The notes under the pieces: generated by a model
Databases searched by the model: none
Told to the model about the DNA's origin: nothing
Seen by the model: only the letters and a program-made list of their open reading frames with translations
Position numbers and translations under genes: made by a program
Part shown: positions 56,865 to 64,000 of the stretch, in pieces
Layout: every line of letters begins with the position of its first letter
Numbering within the stretch: position 1 is the stretch's first letter
Origin: Candidatus Omnitrophota bacterium
GTDB taxonomy: Bacteria; Omnitrophota; Gorgyraeia; Tantalellales; Tantalellaceae
Length of the DNA: 64,000 bases
Assembly (NCBI GenBank): GCA_028715965.1
Contig: JAQUQS010000001.1
Span: 164,188 to 228,187 of the forward strand
Direction of reading: 5' to 3'

Positions 56865-57272
56865 CTACAGGTCCCATACCGACCAACTGCCCCCGCCAAG
56901 GGAAACTATCGTGACACATGCCCCGAAAAGAACAGCCCTGTATTCAAGGAGATTGCTCTGGAGAAAAACACCATATCCCAGGTCTATTTTCCAGAATTGG
57001 ACCACCACTATGATAAGCAGCAATGTCGCCGCATAACGGGAAAAAATACCGAAAACCAGGAACATACCGGCGATGAGCTCAATGCCGCCCCACACCACGG
57101 CCACCATATACGCCTGCGAAAGCCCCAATCCCTCCACAAGTTTTACCGTGCCTTCCAATCCGACACCATCGAACATGCCAAAAAGTTTCTGCGCGCCGTG
57201 ATAAAAGAAGATCACGCCCACTACCGATCTTAATACGAATAATGAAAAATTCAATAATGTCTCTTTTTTCAT
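56865..57272 (-). CDS. DoxX-family membrane protein.
   Basis: The protein is 135 aa with 3-4 TM helices. LFVLRSVVGVIFFYHGAQKLFG is the DoxX signature. Confidence 0.7.
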   Translation of the reverse strand: MKKETLLNFSLFVLRSVVGVIFFYHGAQKLFGMFDGVGLEGTVKLVEGLGLSQAYMVAVVWGGIELIAGMFLVFGIFSRYAATLLLIIVVVQFWKIDLGYGVFLQSNLLEYRAVLFGACVTIVSLGGGSWSVWDL

Positions 57273-57340
57273 GAAAACCTCTCATATGTTATATCTTATA
57301 ATTTTATTCCAAATCACACGAAAAGCAAATTCTTTAATGC

Positions 57341-58051
57341 GTGACCAATGCAGCAGATCCGGCAGAACAGTTGTCTTATATACATATGTCGATATTCCCG
57401 CATATGCTTATCAATATACTGTTCGATAGCGCCTGCCATATATGCGGCGCGCGCCTTTACCAGGAAAAGGACCCCGTGTGCTCAAAATGCCTTGCCACGC
57501 TCAACTCGTCCGCCTTCTTGCCGCCATTACACACACAACACACAGAATATGTATTGTCACGTTTTGCCTATAGGGGCATATCCGCTAAATATGTAAAACT
57601 CTTCAAGTACCACATTGGCCAAAAAATGACCGGGTCAATGAGGTCTTGCATCCGGGGATCAGCCATTCTTAAGGAACTTATGAGGATACACCCGGATATC
57701 ATCGTAAGCGTCCCCCCCAGCCCGATAAAACGCCTGAAAGGCGTCTTCGACCCCGTTAGCTGCTTTTCAGGGATAGTATCCGACCTTTTGGGTGTTCCTG
57801 TAGCAGCCCATGCCCTGGTAAAAAAACGAATGACCGCGCATCAGACACGGTTAGGAAGATCTCGCAGGATCTCGAACCTTTACGGTGCCTTCTCCGTTAT
57901 TGATAAAAACCTGATAGACAGTAAGAGAATATTGCTTGTTGACGACGTTATAACCACTGGCACCACTATGGATACATGCGCCAGTGAGCTTTTGAAACAT
58001 GGGGCCTTATCCATTCACGGGTTCACACTTGCCCGGGCCGGACATTATTGA
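57341..58051 (+). CDS. comF: ComF-family phosphoribosyltransferase-domain protein (ComFC-like).
   Basis: An N-terminal zinc ribbon (CHICGARL...CSKC) and a C-terminal PRTase motif ILLVDDVITTGTTMD are present. Its start may be an internal Met (57386 or 57404). Confidence 0.8.
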   Translation: MTNAADPAEQLSYIHMSIFPHMLINILFDSACHICGARLYQEKDPVCSKCLATLNSSAFLPPLHTQHTEYVLSRFAYRGISAKYVKLFKYHIGQKMTGSMRSCIRGSAILKELMRIHPDIIVSVPPSPIKRLKGVFDPVSCFSGIVSDLLGVPVAAHALVKKRMTAHQTRLGRSRRISNLYGAFSVIDKNLIDSKRILLVDDVITTGTTMDTCASELLKHGALSIHGFTLARAGHY

Positions 58052-59143
58052 TCAACTACGCTTGTTTATCATATAGATACCGAACAGGGCAAAAATGATA
58101 TTACTCGCCCATGCGGCCACGGGGGGAGAAAGAGCGCCTCCCTTACCCAACGCCAGGGATACGGCCATCAGGGGCAGAGAGAGCATGGCCACGGCTATCC
58201 CACGCGCCATGCCTATAAGCGCGCTGGACCTGCCTGTGTCTATACTGAAAGGCACTCCCACTAGTACTGTTATCATGGCCATGAACGGAAAAGAAAGTTT
58301 ATAATTGAGGTCTACGCGGAGCCGTCTCAGGGTAAGGGACCCTTTATGGGTAAAAGCCTTTATGTAACTCTTGAGCTTAGCGTACCCCATGAACCTCGGA
58401 TCCCATTGATTTACCACAAAGTCCTTTGGGGATTCCTCAATGGGCAGTTTCCTTATTTTCTGCACTCTGGGATTACCTATGAAATTCCCGTCCGGTCCCA
58501 CTTCGAACGATACAACGTCCTCCCCAAGCCAGTATCCTTCGCTGCGCCATCTTACCACGCGGGCGCTTATCTTCTCGGTTATGTTCTGGTCATTGTCCTG
58601 CCTGTGTATTATGACATTATTGAACATCTTTGATGCCGGGTAAAAGGCCTCGGCGTATATTATCTGGTCGCCCCTTCCATAAACAGCTATATTCTCTATT
58701 TTATTCTTCTCCCTTTTCGCGTCAGAACTTTCAAGCTCCTCTTTCCTTATTATATTCGCTTTCTGCATATTGGACGGTACGAACCGGTCATTCACTATGA
58801 ACGTTGCTATGCAGACTACGAATGTTACCGCGACCACCGGCCTGACCATCCTCCATAGGCTTATGCCGCTGGTTATGACAGCTGTCACCTCGTGGTTCTT
58901 GCTTAACGTATTGAAGACATACACAGAGGAGAGAAGGGCCGCGAATGGCACCATATTCACGAAAGCGAAAGGCGCTAGATAAAAATAGAAAGCAAGTATG
59001 CTTCCGAGCGGGATGTTATGCTTGAAAATGTCGTCTATGAACCCCAGTATATCCCCTATTATGCCGAGTATTATCAACAGGAGTATACAGAACATGAAAG
59101 CGCTGAGGAAACTTTTGATTATGTATTTTTCTATTATACGCAT
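58052..59143 (-). CDS. lptG: LPS export ABC transporter permease, LptF/LptG (YjgP/YjgQ) family; second gene of the pair, so LptG-like.
   Basis: It is a 363-aa six-TM protein with a periplasmic beta-jellyroll insert between TM3 and TM4, in tandem with its paralog. Confidence 0.7.
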   Translation of the reverse strand: MRIIEKYIIKSFLSAFMFCILLLIILGIIGDILGFIDDIFKHNIPLGSILAFYFYLAPFAFVNMVPFAALLSSVYVFNTLSKNHEVTAVITSGISLWRMVRPVVAVTFVVCIATFIVNDRFVPSNMQKANIIRKEELESSDAKREKNKIENIAVYGRGDQIIYAEAFYPASKMFNNVIIHRQDNDQNITEKISARVVRWRSEGYWLGEDVVSFEVGPDGNFIGNPRVQKIRKLPIEESPKDFVVNQWDPRFMGYAKLKSYIKAFTHKGSLTLRRLRVDLNYKLSFPFMAMITVLVGVPFSIDTGRSSALIGMARGIAVAMLSLPLMAVSLALGKGGALSPPVAAWASNIIFALFGIYMINKRS

Positions 59144-59158
59144 TGATCGTCCCGCGCC

Positions 59159-60289
59159 TTAGCGTGTAGATATCTTGTAGAACAAAACTATCCCCAGGGA
59201 AGCCAGGATTATATCGGATGACCAGACTCCCGCCCACGGAGGTATTATGCCTCTTATGGCCAGCGCTATTCCGCTAAGCATGATGCTCCAGTATACCAGA
59301 AAAAGACCTATGGCCAGCCCAAAACCTATGAATTTCTCCCGCCTATGCGTAGTTATGGCCAGCGGCATGCCCACTATGACAAAAACAAGATTAGAGAAGG
59401 CAAGCGCTATCTTCTTGTGCATCTCTATACGCAACGGGATCACGTCTATGGAATCCCTTTCAAGGGTATTGATCTCATCCTTCAGCTCTTTGATGCTCTT
59501 TTCTCGTGATTTCTTCTGTATATCATCCGGATCCGTCACATCACCCAGATTCAATGTCATGTAATAATCCTTGAAGGATATTTTATAGAACTCATCGGGA
59601 TTATTAGCGGATATTTCGTCCGCCGTACCGTCTGAAAGCCACAATTTTACACTGCCCTGTTCAGGCATCGATATGACCTTCCCCCTCTTAGCTATTATGG
59701 TCCTGGTCGGCTTATCTTTCTGCGGCTGGTATATCCTTATGTTCCTAAGCGTGTCCCCTTCCACTTCATGTATGAAAATTATGTAATCCTGGAAACCTTT
59801 GACAAAGACTCCGGGTTCCAACATGGCCGTGGGGTGTTTTATCCCTATGGTCTTGAGGAGCTTTCTCGCCTCGAATTCCGCCTGCGGCAACATCTTATCA
59901 TTAAGGGGCATGCTCATGAGGCTGATAATGAACCCGCATATCACCACGGGGATCACTACCTTGTAGAGATTTACCCCGCTAGTCCTCAGGGTAGTGATCT
60001 CGTTATCGCCTGAAAGCCTGCCAAACCCCAGAAGGACTGCGGACAGTACCGATATCGGTATGGTAAAAATAAGCACATATGGTAGGAAATAGAGGAATAC
60101 CCTGGCCACCTGGGACGCTTCTACCCCCTTGTTCATGACCATATCCACGGTCTGAACGATGTTACCCGCCGCAAGTATCACGGTAGATATGAATAGCGAC
60201 GCTATGAACGGGCCGCCGAGCTCTCTTAACGTGTATCTTGTTATTATCCTCATATTATACCGGGTATGTCCCGAAGTATCCGTCGTCAC
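59159..60289 (-). CDS. lptF: LPS export ABC transporter permease, LptF/LptG (YjgP/YjgQ) family; first gene of the pair, so LptF-like.
   Basis: It is 376 aa with the same architecture, and is paired with the adjacent paralog as in lptFG operons. Confidence 0.7.
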   Translation of the reverse strand: MTTDTSGHTRYNMRIITRYTLRELGGPFIASLFISTVILAAGNIVQTVDMVMNKGVEASQVARVFLYFLPYVLIFTIPISVLSAVLLGFGRLSGDNEITTLRTSGVNLYKVVIPVVICGFIISLMSMPLNDKMLPQAEFEARKLLKTIGIKHPTAMLEPGVFVKGFQDYIIFIHEVEGDTLRNIRIYQPQKDKPTRTIIAKRGKVISMPEQGSVKLWLSDGTADEISANNPDEFYKISFKDYYMTLNLGDVTDPDDIQKKSREKSIKELKDEINTLERDSIDVIPLRIEMHKKIALAFSNLVFVIVGMPLAITTHRREKFIGFGLAIGLFLVYWSIMLSGIALAIRGIIPPWAGVWSSDIILASLGIVLFYKISTR

Positions 60290-60306
60290 GCCCCTTCAGC
60301 GTACCA

Positions 60307-61290
60307 TCATATTGAAAGCATCCTGGTAAGTGTATACAGATAAGAATTGCGTTCCATATCGGTGTCCCTGTCAAAACAGGCTTTTTCATACGGAATAAGC
60401 TTCAGCTTGTTGCCCTGTATACCTACCATTTTGCCCGTATGTCCTTTGATAAGCGCTTCTACCGCAAAAGCTCCCATCTCCGAGGCCAGGACCCTGTCCG
60501 GAGCGTTCGGGGACCCTCCACGCTGGACATGACCTAGAGTTATCCCCCGGGTCTCGTAACCTGTCGCTTTTTTGATCTTTTTAGAGATGGTCTGGGCATC
60601 CGAGTACCCTTCTGAAACGACTATGATCCAGCTCCTCTTTCCCTTTTTCTCGGCTTTTCTGATATCAGCGGCTATCTGCTTGATCGTGACCTTGCTCCCC
60701 GGGTATAGGACCTCCTCCGCCCCGCCTGCCAAGCCGGCCATAACGGCAATATACGGTTCCCGCCTCCCCATGACCTCCACCACGAAAATACGTTCCATAC
60801 TCGTCACGGTATCCCTTATCTTGTCGATCGCGTCCAGAACGGTATCCACGGATGTATGTGCCCCTATCGTATAATCCGTGTGCCCCAGGTCATTATCAAT
60901 AGTACCTGGAAGACCTATACTGCGTATTTTCCATTTTTCCTGGAGAACAAGCGCTCCCTGCAAGGACCCGTTCCCGCCATTGATAACAAGTGCGTCTATG
61001 CCATTATCCTGGATGACCTTTACCGCCTTCGCCTGGCCTTTCCCGGTCATGAATTCCTTTGAACGTGACGTTTTTAATATAGTACCTCCCAGGCCAAGGA
61101 TATTACTTACGCTGCGGGAATTCATCTGCATGAGCTCTCCGCTCATAAGCCCCTCGTACCCCCTCATTATCCCGACCACTTCAAGGCCTTCATAAACGGC
61201 TTTACGCACGACACTGCGGGTCGCCGCGTTCATGCCAGGGGAATCCCCCCCTGAAGTAAGTACCCCGATCTTTTTTATCTTGCCCCGCAT
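60307..61290 (-). CDS. pfkA: ATP-dependent 6-phosphofructokinase.
   Basis: The motifs are IGVLTSGGDSPGMNAA, ...GGNGS..., and the substrate-binding MGR / RxxR pattern. Confidence 0.9.
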   Translation of the reverse strand: MRGKIKKIGVLTSGGDSPGMNAATRSVVRKAVYEGLEVVGIMRGYEGLMSGELMQMNSRSVSNILGLGGTILKTSRSKEFMTGKGQAKAVKVIQDNGIDALVINGGNGSLQGALVLQEKWKIRSIGLPGTIDNDLGHTDYTIGAHTSVDTVLDAIDKIRDTVTSMERIFVVEVMGRREPYIAVMAGLAGGAEEVLYPGSKVTIKQIAADIRKAEKKGKRSWIIVVSEGYSDAQTISKKIKKATGYETRGITLGHVQRGGSPNAPDRVLASEMGAFAVEALIKGHTGKMVGIQGNKLKLIPYEKACFDRDTDMERNSYLYTLTRMLSI

Positions 61291-61332
61291 ATTTCTATCC
61301 TCCTTAAAAGGCGAAAGGACCTCCGCTTATGG

Positions 61333-62736
61333 TCAATATCTGTAATGATCCGGCTTGTACGGTCCGGCCTCAGGGACACCGATATACTCTGCCTGTGATC
61401 TCGTGAGCCTGGTAAGCTTGACCCCTATCCTGTCCAGGTGAAGCCTTGCGACCTCTTCATCAAGGTGTTTCGGCAGACGATATACTTCTTTACGGTACTT
61501 ATCCCGATTGTTCCACAATTCTATCTGCGCCAGCACTTGGTTAGTAAAAGAGTTCGACATGACAAAGGACGGGTGCCCCATAGCGCACCCGAGGTTCACA
61601 AGGCGTCCTTCCGCGAGAAGGAAGATCTCTTTCCCGTCCGGAAAGATATATTTATCAACTTGCGGCTTAATGTTCACCTTCTTGATAGCCGGGTATTTCT
61701 CCAGTTTATCGACCTGTATCTCATTGTCAAAATGCCCTATATTACATATTATGGCCTGGTCTTTCATTCTCTTCATATGCTCAATGGTTATTACGTCCTT
61801 GTTGCCCGTAGCCGTGACATAAATATCCGCTTGCCCGAGCGTGTCCTCGACCGTAGCGACCTCAAAACCTTCCATAGCGGCCTGCAACGCGCAGATAGGG
61901 TCGATCTCCGTAACTATGACCCTCGCGCCAAAAGCCTTCAGGGAGTGGCTTGAACCTTTCCCGACATCACCATACCCGCATACAACGGCCACTTTCCCGG
62001 CGACCATGACATCCATGGCCCTTTTGAGCCCATCACCCAGGGATTCACGGCATCCGTACAGATTATCGAATTTTGATTTGGTCACCGAGTCGTTCACGTT
62101 CATGGCCGGCACCAGGAGTTCCCCTTTTTCCATCATCTGATAAAGCCGGTGTACACCGGTGGTCGTTTCTTCCGACACACCCTTCCATTCACTGGTCATA
62201 GCCGTCCATTTGCCAGGCGTAGCTTTGAGGGATCTTTTCAATGCCTTGTAAAGCTCCACCTCGTCCGCCCCGTGGGCCTCTCTATCCAGTACGGAGGCGT
62301 CTTCTTCCGCCCTTTTCCCCAGATGTAACATCAACGTAGCGTCCCCCCCGTCATCCACAATAAGCTGGGGACCTTTCCCCCCGGGAAAAGTAAGCGCCTG
62401 TTCCGTACACCACCAGTATTCCTCCAGCGTCTCCCCCTTCCAGGCAAAAACGGGGACACCCGACGCGGCTATCGCCGCTGCGGCATGGTCCTGTGTAGAA
62501 AAGATATTGCAACTTGCCCAGCGCACATCCGCCCCAAGCGCGGTAAGGGTTTCTATAAGGACCGCTGTCTGTATGGTCATATGCAGCGAACCACTTATCC
62601 TCACCCCGGCAAGAGGACGTTCTTTTGAGTATTTTTCACGTACCGCCATAAGGCCCGGCATCTCATGCTGCGCTATCTCTATCTCTTTCCTGCCGAACCC
62701 GGCAAGCCCCATGTCCTTCACTTTGTTATCCGGCAT
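61333..62736 (-). CDS. ahcY: Adenosylhomocysteinase (S-adenosyl-L-homocysteine hydrolase).
   Basis: The protein is 467 aa. An NAD-binding motif [15 protein letters not shown] and conserved ...[15 protein letters not shown]... are present. Confidence 0.9.
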   Translation of the reverse strand: MPDNKVKDMGLAGFGRKEIEIAQHEMPGLMAVREKYSKERPLAGVRISGSLHMTIQTAVLIETLTALGADVRWASCNIFSTQDHAAAAIAASGVPVFAWKGETLEEYWWCTEQALTFPGGKGPQLIVDDGGDATLMLHLGKRAEEDASVLDREAHGADEVELYKALKRSLKATPGKWTAMTSEWKGVSEETTTGVHRLYQMMEKGELLVPAMNVNDSVTKSKFDNLYGCRESLGDGLKRAMDVMVAGKVAVVCGYGDVGKGSSHSLKAFGARVIVTEIDPICALQAAMEGFEVATVEDTLGQADIYVTATGNKDVITIEHMKRMKDQAIICNIGHFDNEIQVDKLEKYPAIKKVNIKPQVDKYIFPDGKEIFLLAEGRLVNLGCAMGHPSFVMSNSFTNQVLAQIELWNNRDKYRKEVYRLPKHLDEEVARLHLDRIGVKLTRLTRSQAEYIGVPEAGPYKPDHYRY

Positions 62737-62757
62737 CGCTCTCCCCTCTATATATCG

Positions 62758-63903
62758 CTACTTAGCCGCTTTTTTTACCGCGCCCGCCATATCCGTCTCT
62801 TCCCATGTAAAGCCTTGCTCTTTTCGCCCAAAATGTCCATAAGCGGCGGTCTTCAGGTATATAGGACGGCGCAACTTCAGTTTTTCGATTATCCCTCCCG
62901 GAGTAAGGTCAAAGGTCTTACGTACGATCTTCACGATCTCTTCCTCCGATATCTTTCCCGTACCGAACGTGTTCACCATCACACTGACAGGCTCCGCTAC
63001 CCCTATGGCATAAGCGAACTGTATCTCGCATTTACCCGCTATCCCGGAGGCCACGATATTCTTGGCCACGTATCTGGCCATATAAGACGCCGACCTGTCG
63101 ACCTTTGACGGGTCCTTGCCGCTGAAAGCGCCACCACCATGGCTTCCAACACCACCATAAGTATCTACTATTATCTTCCTGCCGGTCACACCTGTATCCC
63201 CATGCGGACCGCCGACCTCAAACCTGCCTGTCGGGTTTATGAATATCTTGGTGTTCTTATCCATAAGTTTCGCCGGGACCACGCGCTTTATCACAAGCTC
63301 CTTCATGTCACGGTGTATCTTGCTCATCTTGGTCTTTTCATCATGATGCGCGCTTACCACTATGGCTTCTATCCTTTTTGGTTTCCCGTCGTGGTATTCC
63401 ACGGTTACCTGGCTCTTTCCGTCCGGCCTCAGATAATCCACAAGTTTTTCCTTCCGTATCTTGGAAAGCTGCCTGGTAAGCTCATGGGCCAGGGTTATCG
63501 GCATGGGCATCAGCTCTTTCGTCTCATCGGTGGCATAACCGAACATCATACCCTGGTCACCCGCGCCTCCGACATCCACACCCATGGCGATATCGGGGGA
63601 CTGCTCCTGTATGGACGTTATTACCCCACTTGTAAGATAATCAAAGCCATAGTTCGCGTTGGTATATCCTATATCTTTTATCGTCTGCCTCACTATCCTG
63701 GGGATATCAACATAACTTGACGTCGTTATCTCTCCCGCGACCACGGTAAGCCCGGTAGTGACCATAGTCTCACACGCGACCCTGCCCGATGGGTCCTCCT
63801 TCATTATGCTGTCAAGTATGGCATCGGATATCTGATCGCATACTTTATCTGGATGTCCCTCGGTAACGCTTTCAGAAGTAAAAAGATATTTGCTGCTCTT
63901 CAT
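62758..63903 (-). CDS. metK: S-adenosylmethionine synthetase.
   Basis: The N-terminal [24 protein letters not shown] and [17 protein letters not shown] motifs are present. Confidence 0.95.
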   Translation of the reverse strand: MKSSKYLFTSESVTEGHPDKVCDQISDAILDSIMKEDPSGRVACETMVTTGLTVVAGEITTSSYVDIPRIVRQTIKDIGYTNANYGFDYLTSGVITSIQEQSPDIAMGVDVGGAGDQGMMFGYATDETKELMPMPITLAHELTRQLSKIRKEKLVDYLRPDGKSQVTVEYHDGKPKRIEAIVVSAHHDEKTKMSKIHRDMKELVIKRVVPAKLMDKNTKIFINPTGRFEVGGPHGDTGVTGRKIIVDTYGGVGSHGGGAFSGKDPSKVDRSASYMARYVAKNIVASGIAGKCEIQFAYAIGVAEPVSVMVNTFGTGKISEEEIVKIVRKTFDLTPGGIIEKLKLRRPIYLKTAAYGHFGRKEQGFTWEETDMAGAVKKAAK

Positions 63904-64000
63904 GTCGTGATCTCTCCTTTTTTATAGTTACGCCGCTCCTCCGCGGGCCTATTCGCCCGACAGCTCCCTCTGCCGGTACTCAATATCAGCTTTCTCAAGT

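Noticed and set aside
1-64000. CRISPR arrays, tRNA/rRNA genes, transposases, integrases, and phage or plasmid genes.
   Set aside because: I scanned the intergenic regions and found no direct-repeat/spacer periodicity and no cloverleaf-like tRNA sequences. No ORF has recombinase or transposase motifs. The window looks like core chromosome.

Overview
This is a 64-kb chromosomal window from a compact diderm (Gram-negative-type) genome with about 50% GC. I identify about 60 tightly packed genes, nearly all on the minus strand; the plus-strand exceptions are a trypsin-like protease, an NCS2 permease and comF. Many genes overlap by 1-4 nt in the 'ATGA' pattern, consistent with long polycistronic operons. 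No rRNA, tRNA, CRISPR array, transposase or integrase genes are visible. Gene order along the window: partial cstA; a 1871-aa secreted protein with no recognizable domains; a trypsin-like protease and a purine permease; a STAS/TPR-metallopeptidase/STAS/HD-GYP regulatory operon; a housekeeping operon (HMGL-like aldolase, eda, xth, radical SAM, dacC); rlmD; a glycine/glutamine-rich small secreted protein; a TIGR01212-like radical SAM gene; mnmG; a Cys-rich small protein translationally coupled to metH; a complete MoxR-DUF58-BatA-BatB-BatC-BatD-BatE aerotolerance-type operon; a DinG-like helicase; a guanine-deaminase-like enzyme; a compact exbB-exbD-TPR-VWA module; a heat-shock-like operon (clpB, J-domain protein, arsR, NYN, dus, maf, radical SAM, DUF); a Lon-like protease; pgi, a polysaccharide deacetylase, ferredoxin, doxX; lptF/lptG; and pfkA-ahcY-metK. 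The strongest candidate for a previously undescribed system is the exbB-exbD-TPR-VWA module: its VWA protein has a TonB/TolA-type SxxxH transmembrane anchor and a Pro-rich linker but a VWA domain where TonB has its C-terminal domain, suggesting a proton-motive-force-energized envelope protein of unknown function. All protein-family calls are from reading motifs in the supplied translations; no database search was run.
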